Positions 1 through 9,320 of a stretch of 64,000 nt of DNA are shown here, piece by piece. The DNA comes from Xanthobacteraceae bacterium (lineage in GTDB: Bacteria; Pseudomonadota; Alphaproteobacteria; Rhizobiales; Xanthobacteraceae), in NCBI GenBank assembly GCA_049519075.1, contig JBEKRD010000009.1, forward strand, positions 65 through 64,064, given 5' to 3'. The notes beneath the pieces were generated by a model, which was not told the DNA's origin, did not search any database, and worked only from the letters and a program-made list of their open reading frames with translations. A program made the position numbers and the translations under genes. How positions within the stretch are numbered: position 1 is the stretch's first letter; every line of letters starts with the position of its first letter.

Positions 1-102
1 ATACAAGGCTCAATTGAGATACACAGCGATTGAGCTAAAGGCCTTTTTCAACAGTATCTCACCGTACTTGCCGCTTGAGGGTGTGGGTGTTATCTGCGCC
101 GC

Positions 103-1908
103 ATGACCGCGGTACCCATCGAAAACATCCGTAATTTCGCGATTATCGCTCATATCGACCACGGCAAATCGACCCTCGCCGACCGGCTGATCCAGTCGAC
201 CGGGGGGCTCGAGGCGCGCGAAATGGTCGAGCAGGTGCTCGATTCCATGGATATCGAGCGCGAGCGCGGCATCACCATCAAGGCGCAGACCGTTCGCCTC
301 AATTATCGCGCCGCCGACGGCAAGGCTTATGTGCTCAATCTGATCGACACCCCGGGCCACGTCGATTTCGCCTATGAGGTCAACCGGTCGCTCGCCGCCT
401 GCGAGGGCTCGCTTTTGGTGGTCGACGCCTCGCAAGGCGTCGAGGCGCAGACGCTCGCCAATGTCTATCAGGCGATCGACAACAACCACGAGATCGTGCC
501 GGTGCTCAACAAGGTCGATCTGCCGGCGGCGGAGCCCGACAAGGTCAAGCAGCAGATCGAGGACGTGATCGGGATCGACGCCTCGAACGCGATCCTGATC
601 TCGGCAAAGACCGGGCTCAACGTGCCGGCGGTGCTGGAGGCGATCGTGACGCGGCTGCCGCCGCCCAAGGGCGATCGCTCGGCGACGCTCAAGGCGCTTT
701 TGGTCGACAGCTGGTACGACGCCTATCTCGGCGTCGTCGTCCTCTTCCGCGTCGTCGACGGCGTGATGAAAAAGGGCCAGCGCATCATGATGATGGGCAC
801 CGGCGCGGCCTACGAGGTCGACCGCGTCGGCGTGTTCACACCCAAGCGCGTCGAGCTCGACGAACTCGGGCCCGGCGAAATCGGCTTTCTCACCGCCTCG
901 ATCAAGGATGTGGCCGACACCCGGGTTGGCGACACCATCACCGACGAAAGAAAGCCGGTGGCCGAGGCGCTCCCCGGTTTTCGACCGGCGATCCCGGTGG
1001 TGTTCTGCGGTCTATTTCCGGTCGACGCCGCGGACTTCGAGGCGTTGCGCGCCGCCATGGGAAGGTTGCGGCTCAACGATGCGAGCTTTTCCTACGAGAT
1101 GGAGACCTCGGCCGCGCTCGGCTTCGGCTTCCGCTGCGGCTTTCTCGGATTGCTCCATCTTGAAATCATCCAGGAACGGCTCGAGCGCGAATTCAATCTC
1201 AATCTGATCGCGACCGCACCGTCGGTGATCTACAAGATCAAGCTGCGCAATGGCCAGCAATTGGAGATTCATAATCCGGTCGATATGCCGGACCCCAATC
1301 ACATCGAGGAAATGCAGGAGCCCTGGATCGAGGCGACCATCCTCACGCCCGACGAATATCTCGGCGCCGTGCTCAAGCTGTGCCAGGACCGCCGCGGCGA
1401 GCAAAAAGAGCTGACTTACGTCGGCAACCGGGCGCTGGTGAAATACAATCTGCCGCTCAACGAAGTGGTGTTCGATTTTTATGATCGGCTCAAATCGGTG
1501 TCGCGCGGCTATGCCTCGTTCGACTATCACCTCACCGACTATCGGCCGGCCGATCTGGTCAAGCTACAAATGCTGGTCAACGGCGAACCGGTCGATGCGC
1601 TCGCCATGCTGGTGCATCGCACCCGCGCTGAAAGCCGCGGCCGCGCCATGGCCGAGAAACTGAAAGAGCTCATTCCGCCGCACATGTTTCAGGTGCCGAT
1701 CCAGGCCGCCATCGGCGGCAAGATCGTGGCGCGGGAGACCGTGCGCGCGTTCCGCAAGGACGTCACCGCAAAATGCTACGGCGGCGACGTGACCCGCAAG
1801 CGCAAGCTCCTCGAAAAACAAAAAGAGGGCAAAAAGCGCATGCGCCAGTTCGGCAAAGTCGACATCCCGCAGGAAGCGTTTATTGCGGCGCTGAAGGTGG
1901 ATGTGTGA
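103..1908 (+). CDS. lepA: Translation elongation factor 4 (LepA), GTPase
   Basis: 601-aa ORF starting at ATG 103. GTPase motifs [17 protein letters not shown] and NKVD, plus a LepA-type C-terminal domain ([20 protein letters not shown]). Confidence 0.97.
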   Translation: MTAVPIENIRNFAIIAHIDHGKSTLADRLIQSTGGLEAREMVEQVLDSMDIERERGITIKAQTVRLNYRAADGKAYVLNLIDTPGHVDFAYEVNRSLAACEGSLLVVDASQGVEAQTLANVYQAIDNNHEIVPVLNKVDLPAAEPDKVKQQIEDVIGIDASNAILISAKTGLNVPAVLEAIVTRLPPPKGDRSATLKALLVDSWYDAYLGVVVLFRVVDGVMKKGQRIMMMGTGAAYEVDRVGVFTPKRVELDELGPGEIGFLTASIKDVADTRVGDTITDERKPVAEALPGFRPAIPVVFCGLFPVDAADFEALRAAMGRLRLNDASFSYEMETSAALGFGFRCGFLGLLHLEIIQERLEREFNLNLIATAPSVIYKIKLRNGQQLEIHNPVDMPDPNHIEEMQEPWIEATILTPDEYLGAVLKLCQDRRGEQKELTYVGNRALVKYNLPLNEVVFDFYDRLKSVSRGYASFDYHLTDYRPADLVKLQMLVNGEPVDALAMLVHRTRAESRGRAMAEKLKELIPPHMFQVPIQAAIGGKIVARETVRAFRKDVTAKCYGGDVTRKRKLLEKQKEGKKRMRQFGKVDIPQEAFIAALKVDV

Positions 1909-1938
1909 GGGGTGATCGGTCCGTCTTGCGGCGAAGCT

Positions 1939-1952
1939 CGTAACATGTTACG
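1939..1952. promoter_or_regulatory. Perfect 14-nt palindrome CGTAACATGTTACG followed by TTTT; either a weak lepA terminator or an operator of the downstream toxin-antitoxin pair
   Basis: Read directly from the sequence. Lies about 30 nt after the lepA stop and 78 nt before the antitoxin ATG at 2030. Confidence 0.35.
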
Positions 1953-1989
1953 TTTTCGACATGCGCACGCCGCCAAAAAAAAAGAGCAA

Positions 1990-2025
1990 GACTGCGCCAC
2001 AGACTGCGCCACAGACTGCGCAAGA
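1990..2025. repeat. Tandem 12-nt repeat: GACTGCGCCACA x2 plus degenerate GACTGCGCAAGA
   Basis: Read directly; preceded by an A9 run at 1975-1983. It would encode TAPQTAPQTAQ if the antitoxin started at 1961. Confidence 0.85.
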
Positions 2026-2029
2026 GCGC

Positions 2030-2218
2030 ATGAGCGCGCGGCGCAAGCGGCTGCGCGCGCAAGGTTTGCGGCCGGTGCAGCATTGGGTTCCTGACGTCCG
2101 CGATCCGCGGGTGCGGGCCGATCTGCGGCGGCAGGGGCGATTGCTCGGCCAGCAGCCCAAGACCGATCCAATCGACGCCTGGATCGAGGCTGTCTACGAC
2201 ACGAGCGAATGGCGGTGA
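2030..2218 (+). CDS. MazE-like antitoxin (DUF3018 family)
   Basis: Small ORF whose stop overlaps the MazF-like ORF by 10 nt. RKRLRAQGLRPVQHWVPDVRDP...DPIDAWIEAV matches my recollection of the DUF3018/MazE-like family. I chose ATG 2030; the track start at 1961 is possible. Confidence 0.7.
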   Translation: MSARRKRLRAQGLRPVQHWVPDVRDPRVRADLRRQGRLLGQQPKTDPIDAWIEAVYDTSEWR

Positions 2219-2541
2219 AACGGGGCGACGTTGTGATCGTCGCCTACGGGGAGCTTGGCCGACCGCGTCCCGCGGTCATCGTGCAGGCCGACGAACTCGG
2301 CGAAAGGACCACAACAATCCTTGCCTGCCCCATCACGTCCGAAGTCGCGGAAAAGCTGCCCATCAGGCCGATCATAGAGCCAGCCGACGGCAATGGGCTT
2401 CGGGTGCGCTCGCAGATCATGACCGACAGGATGCTGGCAATCCCACGCGACCGCGTCCGCCAGGCCATTGGCGTTATCGATTCGCGCACCGCCGATCGGT
2501 TGGATACCGCGCTCCTGCTCGTCCTCGGGCTTGGCTGCTAA
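2209..2541 (+). CDS. Type II toxin, PemK/MazF family endoribonuclease
   Basis: 110 aa. N-terminal RGDVVIVAY...GRPRPAVIVQ and ITSEV...RVRSQIMTDRMLAIPRDRV are typical of PemK/MazF. Overlaps the upstream antitoxin. Confidence 0.8.
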   Translation: MAVKRGDVVIVAYGELGRPRPAVIVQADELGERTTTILACPITSEVAEKLPIRPIIEPADGNGLRVRSQIMTDRMLAIPRDRVRQAIGVIDSRTADRLDTALLLVLGLGC

Positions 2542-2810
2542 TCGTCGCGAGAACAAATTCGCATTTTTGCTTTCCTCCCACGCGGCAGGAGAAAAGAACG
2601 CGGAAATGCGACGACTGTTAGTTAAATTCGTAAACTTGCGCAGGGCGCGGGACCGCGCGTTAAGGTTGTCTAAGACCATCATGGTCCGATTGACCGAAAT
2701 CAACATCTTCGACTACGGCTGTAACAATAATTCGATAGCATGCCGCTTCCTGGTTTGCGGACAGTAGCGTTCGTCGCTTTTGACGGCCTGGTGCAAACAG
2801 CCGAGCTCGC

Positions 2811-4715
2811 ATGACATCAGAGCAGGACCCGAATCTGGATTTAGCCGGCTTGCCGCGCGCCGAGCTCTGGCGGCTATGCCTGGATGCCGCGCCGGCGGGC
2901 ATTGCCATGTTCGACCGCGACATGCGCTACATCGCCGTAAATCGGCGCTACCGGGACAATCTCAAGCTTGGCGAGCAAAGCCTCTTGGGGCGCAGCCATT
3001 ACGACGTGTTTCCGGACATTCCGGAGCGTTGGCGCGAAATCCATCGCCGGTGCCTGGCCGGCGATTCTGCCGGCGAGGAAGCCGATGCTTTCATTCGGGC
3101 TGACGGTTCGACCGAATGGTATCGCTGGTTGATTCGTCCATGGCGCAATAAGGACGCAGCGATAGGCGGCATTGTGCTGTTCGTGGAGAACGTAACCGAA
3201 CGCGTCGCGGCCGATACCGAACGGCGGCAATTGGCTGACGCCTTCGCCAATGCCGCCGTCGGCATGATCATCGGCAATCCCGAGAACGGTACGATCCGTT
3301 TTGCCAACCCCGCTTATGCCGCCATGCGCGGCATGACTGTCGAGGAAGTGGTGGGCACCCCGATCGTCGAGGCCTATTGCGTCGAAGAGCGTTCACGCAG
3401 GGCAGGCCTTTTGGCGACGGCGGATGCCGTCGGCCAAGTCGTGTTCAATACCTTATTTCGCCGCAAGGATGGCTCGACCGTTCCAGTGCAGGTCTGCCTG
3501 ACCAGCGTGCGGGAGATCGACGGCAATGTCCGCTACCGCATGTCCAACGTGATCGACATCAGCGAACAGGAACACACCGAAGCCATGCTGCGGCAGGCGC
3601 AGAAGATGGAGGCGGTCGGTCAATTGACCGGCGGCGTGGCGCATGACTTCAACAATCTGCTCACGGTCGTCATCGGCAACCTCGATACGCTGGTCAACGA
3701 GCGCTCCGACGACCCGTTGGTGCGCGAGTTAGGGCTTGTTTCACTGGCGGCCGCCGAACGCGGCGCGCAACTAACGCAGCAGCTATTGGCGTTCTCGCGC
3801 CGCCAGCCGCTGCAGCCGCAGCTTCTAGATCCGAACGCCCTGATCGCCAATTTCGCCGGCCTGTTCGCCCGGACTCTGGGCGAGCGAATCGGTGTCGAGA
3901 CTGTTCTCGGTGCCGACATCTGGCCGGTCTACGTCGATCGAGCGCAGCTCGAGGCGGCGCTGGTCAATCTTGCCACCAACGCGCGCGACGCCATGCCGAA
4001 CGGCGGACGATTGACGCTGCGCACGACCAATTGCCGGCACACCGCCAAGGACGCGCGGCGCATGCCTGAATTGCCGCCGGGTAACTACACGGTCATCGTG
4101 GCGGAAGATACCGGCACCGGCATTTCTGCCGACGCGCTGCCGCATATTTTTGAGCCGTTTTTCACCACCAAGGAAGTGGGCCAAGGCACCGGTCTCGGCT
4201 TGAGCATGATCTACGGCTTCGTCAAGCAATCCGGCGGTCACATCACCGCTGAAAGTAAGCCCACTGCGACGACTTTCCGCATTTATTTGCCACGCGCGCC
4301 AACATCCGAAACCAAATCTAAGGAGCACGTTGCGTCGGTGCCGCAAGCATCCGGGAAGACCGTCCTGGTCGTCGAGGATGACGCTGCCGTGCGCCGGGTC
4401 ATGGTTGCGCAGCTCGGAAAACTTGGCTGCCGCGTGCTCGAGGCCGCTAACGCCGCGGCGGGCCTGTCGCTCCTGGAACAAAACGATGTCGACGTGCTGG
4501 TCACCGACGTCGTCATGCCCGGCGAGATGAACGGACGCGAACTGGCACGGCGGGCCCGCCGGCGCTGGCCGAAACTGCATGTGCTCTTGATGTCGGGCTA
4601 CCCCGATGGCGATCGTGACGGGCAGACCGAGGAACATCTTCACTTGCTGGCAAAGCCATTTCGCGCCTCCCAACTCAAGCAGGCGCTCCAGCGTGTGATC
4701 GCGCAGGGCGCCTAG
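2811..4715 (+). CDS. Hybrid sensor histidine kinase / response regulator with N-terminal PAS domains
   Basis: 634 aa. H-box GGVAHDFNNLLTVVIGNL, N-box LVNLATNARDAM, G-boxes DTGTGI and GTGLGLSMIYGF. C-terminal receiver (VLVVEDD...DVLVTDVVMPG...LAKPF). Confidence 0.85.
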   Translation: MTSEQDPNLDLAGLPRAELWRLCLDAAPAGIAMFDRDMRYIAVNRRYRDNLKLGEQSLLGRSHYDVFPDIPERWREIHRRCLAGDSAGEEADAFIRADGSTEWYRWLIRPWRNKDAAIGGIVLFVENVTERVAADTERRQLADAFANAAVGMIIGNPENGTIRFANPAYAAMRGMTVEEVVGTPIVEAYCVEERSRRAGLLATADAVGQVVFNTLFRRKDGSTVPVQVCLTSVREIDGNVRYRMSNVIDISEQEHTEAMLRQAQKMEAVGQLTGGVAHDFNNLLTVVIGNLDTLVNERSDDPLVRELGLVSLAAAERGAQLTQQLLAFSRRQPLQPQLLDPNALIANFAGLFARTLGERIGVETVLGADIWPVYVDRAQLEAALVNLATNARDAMPNGGRLTLRTTNCRHTAKDARRMPELPPGNYTVIVAEDTGTGISADALPHIFEPFFTTKEVGQGTGLGLSMIYGFVKQSGGHITAESKPTATTFRIYLPRAPTSETKSKEHVASVPQASGKTVLVVEDDAAVRRVMVAQLGKLGCRVLEAANAAAGLSLLEQNDVDVLVTDVVMPGEMNGRELARRARRRWPKLHVLLMSGYPDGDRDGQTEEHLHLLAKPFRASQLKQALQRVIAQGA

Positions 4716-4747
4716 CATCGGCCCGCAACACGGCCTTGGCGTCAGGT

Positions 4748-5173
4748 TCAGTGCACCACGATGGTGGTGCGGCCCATGCCCTCGCGGGCGACCAGGCCGA
4801 ACAAGATCGCGGCATTGCCCGGATCGAGGCGCACACAGCCATGCGAGGCGGGACCGCCCAACCGCGAGATTTCATAGGTGCCGTGGATGGCATAGCCGCC
4901 ATGAAAGAAAATCGCATGCGGCATCGGCGAATTGTAATATTTGCGCGAGAACCAGCTGCGCGCCAGCATCTCCGGATGATAAGTGCCGGGAGGCGTGATG
5001 TAACCTAGCCGCGCCGTCGAAACCCGCCACGTGTAGCGTTGATCGCCGTCGACCACGACGTCCATTTTCTGCCGCGAGCGGTCGATATGGACGACGATGG
5101 ATGCTTCGGCGCGATCGCAGGCGAACGAAACGATGCAGCCGAGCGCGGCCAATAAGCAAAACAGGCGACGCAT
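4748..5173 (-). CDS. L,D-transpeptidase (YkuD domain), secreted
   Basis: Active-site region HGGYAIHGT...GGPASHGCVRL, with signal peptide MRRLFCLLAALGCIVSFA. Start moved to ATG 5173, which follows a GGGGGAG Shine-Dalgarno; the track start is 5200. Confidence 0.85.
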   Translation of the reverse strand: MRRLFCLLAALGCIVSFACDRAEASIVVHIDRSRQKMDVVVDGDQRYTWRVSTARLGYITPPGTYHPEMLARSWFSRKYYNSPMPHAIFFHGGYAIHGTYEISRLGGPASHGCVRLDPGNAAILFGLVAREGMGRTTIVVH

Positions 5174-5242
5174 GAACTCCCCCAACCCGCGGGCACCCAT
5201 CGTATTCTATCGCAAGCCCAGCTGCCGGCATAGGCTTCCACG

Positions 5243-5875
5243 ATGACCAGATTCGATCTCTTCAGCATCGGCCATTCAAATATTCCGGCCGAGCGTTTTA
5301 TCGCCATGCTGCAGTCCGCCGGCGTGGATACCATAGTCGACGTGCGCTCGACGCCGGTGTCGCGCTTTTGCCCATGGTTCTCGGCGAAGAACCTCGCGCC
5401 GCTTCTGTCAGGCAAGGGCATGAACTATTCAGCTCGCGGCGATGCGCTCGGGGGCCGGCCACGCGATGCAGAGCTTTATCGTGACGGCATTGCCGATTAT
5501 GAGGCGATGGCGCGACAACCGGAGTTCGAGGCCGGTCTGCAGCGCGTCGTCGCCGATGCGGCGCGATGTCGCGGCAAAGGCGCCGTCTGTCTGATGTGCT
5601 CGGAGCGCGAGCCGCTCGATTGTCACCGCTGTCTGTTGGTCGCGCGTGCGCTTGCCCGGCGGGGTCTTGCCGTCGGCCACATTCATCACGACGGCGCGAT
5701 CGAGCCGCACGCCGCAACCGAACAGCGGCTTTTAGCGCTCGACGGCAATGATGACGATCTTTTCGTCACTAGACTTGCCGAGCGACTCGCGGCAGCGTAT
5801 CGCCGCCGTGCTCATGCGATTGCGTACCGGGCGAAGTCAGGCCGCTCGGGGACGAGCGCCAAGGCGGAAAGTTGA
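5243..5875 (+). CDS. DUF488 domain-containing protein
   Basis: 210 aa. N-terminus LFSIGHSN...VDVRSTP and cysteine cluster CLMCSEREPLDCHRCLL are typical of DUF488. Confidence 0.7.
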   Translation: MTRFDLFSIGHSNIPAERFIAMLQSAGVDTIVDVRSTPVSRFCPWFSAKNLAPLLSGKGMNYSARGDALGGRPRDAELYRDGIADYEAMARQPEFEAGLQRVVADAARCRGKGAVCLMCSEREPLDCHRCLLVARALARRGLAVGHIHHDGAIEPHAATEQRLLALDGNDDDLFVTRLAERLAAAYRRRAHAIAYRAKSGRSGTSAKAES

Positions 5876-5877
5876 CG

Positions 5878-6843
5878 ATGCTCGCCTCGCTGCGCCTTCT
5901 TTGTGTGCTGCTCGTTGCCGGTATAGGCCCGGCGCTGGCGCAAGATGTCGCAGTGCCGGCGCAGGACACCGACACGCTCGATCCGACGCCGCCCGGTTCG
6001 CTCAATCCCGTGCCGCTGCCGCCGCTCGCCAATCCGGATGCGCCGTCGACCCCCGCGAAGGAATTGTTCGGGCGCAAGCCGACGCCGTTTCCGGGGCCGC
6101 CGCGTTCGATTGGTTCCTATGCCGACGGCTGCCTTGCCGGCGCCGCGCCGCTGCCGATCAGCGGTCCGGCATGGCAAGTGATGCGGCTGTCGCGCAATCG
6201 CAATTGGGGCAATCCGGCGCTGATCGCCGCCCTGGAACGCATCGCCGGCAATGCCAAGAGGATCGGCTGGAACGGGCTTCTGGTCGGCGACATGTCGCAG
6301 CCGCGCGGCGGTCCGATGATTACCGGCCATGCCAGCCACCAGGTCGGGCTCGATGCCGATATCTGGTTCACGCCGATGCCCGACCATGTCCTGAGCCGCG
6401 AGGAGCGCGAGTTCAACGGCGCCGTAGATATGGTCGCCGCGGACCGGCTCGACGTCGATCCCAAACTGTGGACGTCAAGCCGCACCGATCTCATTCGTAC
6501 TGCGGCGCAGGATCTCGCGGTCACCCGCATTTTTGTCAATGCCGCGATCAAAAAGGCGCTATGCCGCGAGGCCGGACCGGATCGGGAGTGGCTTTCGAAA
6601 GTGCGGCCATGGTGGGGACACGCCGAGCACTTTCACATCCGCACCGCCTGTCCGGCGGAAAGCGCCGAATGCAAGCCGCAACCGCCGCCTGACGCCGGCG
6701 ACGGCTGCGGCCACGCGCTCGATTTCTGGTTCAAGGAAGCGACGCTGCACCCGACTCCGCCGCTGATTCCGGAAAAACCGAAGCCGGCGCTCACCATGGC
6801 GGGCCTGCCGACGGCGTGCAAACAAATCGTCGGCGCGCCGTGA
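5878..6843 (+). CDS. mepA: Penicillin-insensitive murein endopeptidase (peptidase M74)
   Basis: Signal peptide MLASLRLLCVLLVAGIGPALA. Motifs GSYADGCLAG, HASHQVGLDADIW and WWGHAEHFHIR (LAS-type metal ligands). The TTG at 5872 is an alternative start. Confidence 0.85.
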   Translation: MLASLRLLCVLLVAGIGPALAQDVAVPAQDTDTLDPTPPGSLNPVPLPPLANPDAPSTPAKELFGRKPTPFPGPPRSIGSYADGCLAGAAPLPISGPAWQVMRLSRNRNWGNPALIAALERIAGNAKRIGWNGLLVGDMSQPRGGPMITGHASHQVGLDADIWFTPMPDHVLSREEREFNGAVDMVAADRLDVDPKLWTSSRTDLIRTAAQDLAVTRIFVNAAIKKALCREAGPDREWLSKVRPWWGHAEHFHIRTACPAESAECKPQPPPDAGDGCGHALDFWFKEATLHPTPPLIPEKPKPALTMAGLPTACKQIVGAP

Positions 6844-7422
6844 CTACAATCCCGGTGTGCCGAAGACGGCGCGCTGGGCCGCGGCGGCGAGATAAGTGAA
6901 TGCAAAGGCCACAGCGACGATCAGCGCGACGAAAATTTGCGACCTTCGCTCCGGCGATTTCATCAGCTGCGGCAGGCCGCGCCACAGGACGTAGGCGCCA
7001 TAAAAGCCGAGCAGCACAAGGAACCGCAATCCCGGCAACACCAGAAAAACGCCAACAAGCCAGACCGGCGTGAAGGAATAGGCGGCGAGCCGAAAGGCGC
7101 TTTCGAAATCGCGGCGACCGCCGAACAACGGCGCTACAAGATCGATCAAAAGCGCCAGCAGCAACACAGTGCCGCATGTCATCACGTAGCCGAAAATCGC
7201 GCCGAACAAACCGTCGAAAACCGGCGTGCGCAAGGTTCCGACGCCGGGCACGACCGTCCCGATCAGGCTCGTCCCGATAAAGCCGAACACAGCTGGTATA
7301 AGCGCGAGCACCGCGACGTAGCGGCTCAACAGCAACGCCGGATCGTCGCCTTCCTGTTCGATCCGCGCCCAGGCGACGAGCGGGTCGATGACGATCGATT
7401 TGGCGCGCGAGGCTGCGTTCAC
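6844..7422 (-). CDS. Yip1-family integral membrane protein
   Basis: 192 aa with about 5 hydrophobic segments and Yip1/DUF1282-like organisation. Its GTG start overlaps the stop of the upstream GMC oxidoreductase (GTGA). Confidence 0.6.
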   Translation of the reverse strand: MNAASRAKSIVIDPLVAWARIEQEGDDPALLLSRYVAVLALIPAVFGFIGTSLIGTVVPGVGTLRTPVFDGLFGAIFGYVMTCGTVLLLALLIDLVAPLFGGRRDFESAFRLAAYSFTPVWLVGVFLVLPGLRFLVLLGFYGAYVLWRGLPQLMKSPERRSQIFVALIVAVAFAFTYLAAAAQRAVFGTPGL

Positions 7423-9071
7423 GCTGCAATGCCTTTCGTCAGGCTTTTGGCATCCTCGCGCAGCATGGCCGCGCCTTTTTCCGCGATCATCATGGTCGGC
7501 GCATTGGTGTTGCCGGAGGTGATCGTGGGCATGACCGAGGCATCAATGACGCGCAATCCGTCGATGCCGACGACCCGCAGACGATCGTCGACCACGGTGA
7601 AGGGATCGCTCGAAAGCCCCATCTTCGCGGTGCCGACGGGATGAAAAATCGTGGTGCCGATGTCGCCCGCCGCTTTCACCAGACCCGCTTCGTCGTCATC
7701 GCGCGCGGTGGGACCCGGCAAATATTCGTCGGGGTGAAATGGTCTGAGCGCCGGCTGCGCGGCGATCTGGCGGGTCAGGCGGATCGCGCTCGCCGCAATG
7801 CGGCGATCTTGCTCGGTTGAGAGATAATTGGGTCTGATGACCGGTGCAGCGGTCGGATCGGACGAACGCAGCCGCACGGAACCGCGGCTGGTCGGCCGCA
7901 GATTACAGACGCTCGCGGTAAAGGCGGGGAACGTGTGCAGCGGCTCGCCGAAACGGTCGAGCGACAGAGGCTGGACGTGAAACTGCAGATTGGCGCGTTC
8001 CTGGTCGCGATCGGAGCGGGTAAACAGACCGAGCTGCGATGGCGCCATGGTCAGCGGTCCGCGCCGCAGCAGCACATATTCCGCCAGCATGCGCGCGGAG
8101 CCAAGCGGCGAGTGATAGCGCTCATTGAGCGTGGTGATGCCGTCGACCTTGAAGATCAGCCGCAACTGCAAATGATCCTGTAGATTCGCGCCGACGCCGG
8201 GCCGGTCGAGTACGACCGGAATGCCATGTTCGCCTAAATGCTCCGCCGGGCCGATGCCGGAGAGCTGAAGGATTTGCGTCGAGCCGAGCGAGCCGGCGGC
8301 CAGAATGACTTCACCGCGGCAGCGCGCGGTACGTATCGCGCCATCTTGTCGCCAGCGCACGCCGGCAGCGCGGCGGCCGTCGAATACCAGGCTCTCCACG
8401 AGGCAGCCGGTTTCGAGCCGCAGATTGGCGCGATGCAGCGCCGGTTTGAGGAAGGCACGCGCGGTCGACACGCGCCGGCCACGTTTCTGGTTCACGTGAA
8501 AGGCGCAGCAGCCTTCGTTGTCGCCGCCGTTGAAATCCGCAATCGACTTGATGCCGGCCTCAACGGCCGCGGCGCGAAATGCGTCGAGCAAATCCCAGCG
8601 CACGCGCGGCGCAGCGACCGGCCATTCGCCGCCGACCGCATGGGCCGCGCTTTCGCCCATGAAATGATTTTCGTGCTGCTTGAAAAAGGGCAGCACATCG
8701 TCCCAGCCCCAGCCGGCGAGACCAAGTTGGCGCCAGTGATCGTAATCGGCGGCCTGGCCGCGCATATAGATCATGGCGTTGATCGCCGACGAGCCGCCGA
8801 TCACCTTGCCGCGCGGATAATTGAGGCTGCGCCCGTTGAGACCGGGCTCCGGTTCGGTCTTAAAGCACCAATCCGAGCGCGGATTGCCGATCGCGAACAG
8901 GTAACCGACCGGAATATGGAACCAGATCCAATTGTCGCGGCCGCCGGCTTCCAGGAGCAGCACCCGCTTGTCGGCGTCGGCGGAGAGCCGATTGGCCAGC
9001 AAGCAGCCGGCCGAACCGGCGCCGACGATGATATAATCGTAATCGCCCGCGATCGTCTCAGCCCCGGCCAT
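7419..9071 (-). CDS. GMC-family FAD oxidoreductase (choline dehydrogenase-like)
   Basis: DYIIVGAGSAGCLLANRLS (FAD fold), GGSSAINAM and C-terminal HPVGTAKMG...VIDASVMP. Start set to ATG 9071, preceded by GGGAGGA; the track start is 9149. Confidence 0.85.
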   Translation of the reverse strand: MAGAETIAGDYDYIIVGAGSAGCLLANRLSADADKRVLLLEAGGRDNWIWFHIPVGYLFAIGNPRSDWCFKTEPEPGLNGRSLNYPRGKVIGGSSAINAMIYMRGQAADYDHWRQLGLAGWGWDDVLPFFKQHENHFMGESAAHAVGGEWPVAAPRVRWDLLDAFRAAAVEAGIKSIADFNGGDNEGCCAFHVNQKRGRRVSTARAFLKPALHRANLRLETGCLVESLVFDGRRAAGVRWRQDGAIRTARCRGEVILAAGSLGSTQILQLSGIGPAEHLGEHGIPVVLDRPGVGANLQDHLQLRLIFKVDGITTLNERYHSPLGSARMLAEYVLLRRGPLTMAPSQLGLFTRSDRDQERANLQFHVQPLSLDRFGEPLHTFPAFTASVCNLRPTSRGSVRLRSSDPTAAPVIRPNYLSTEQDRRIAASAIRLTRQIAAQPALRPFHPDEYLPGPTARDDDEAGLVKAAGDIGTTIFHPVGTAKMGLSSDPFTVVDDRLRVVGIDGLRVIDASVMPTITSGNTNAPTMMIAEKGAAMLREDAKSLTKGIAA

Positions 9072-9320
9072 GCCTGCGTCCTCCCTCAGCGGACAATAGC
9101 ATGCCGTGCCGCCGCGCGGCGATCCGCAATAGCGGGGGTGTTTTGCCATCAGCCAGACCGACTGCTACTATACCGAAAGCGACAATTGGCGCGCTGCGCG
9201 CGCGCTGCTTGAGCCTGGAACGACGGTTCCCAAGGCGGTCGCGATGATCGATGGATCGTGCGATCCGGCGCGTATCGCTCACGCGCACAACTCCTTTGGA
9301 GAACCGTCGTGCTCAAAAAA

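Noticed and set aside
1990-2025. Possible CRISPR-like arrays (also considered at 33561-33588, 33837-33870, 47115-47174 and 52296-52334)
   Set aside because: Only 2-4 short units of 12-17 nt, directly abutting or 5 nt apart, with no spacers of CRISPR length and no cas genes. They are simple tandem or direct repeats.
5748-6692. 314-aa plus-strand ORF overlapping mepA in another frame
   Set aside because: Extremely Arg/Ala-rich, whereas the alternative frame gives a textbook MepA with signal peptide and metal ligands.
9072-9320. Moco riboswitch or ModE operator upstream of modA
   Set aside because: Only GC-rich short palindromes are visible (GCGCGCTGCGCGCGCGC). I recognised nothing matching the Moco motif or a TATAT-N7-TAYAT-type ModE box.
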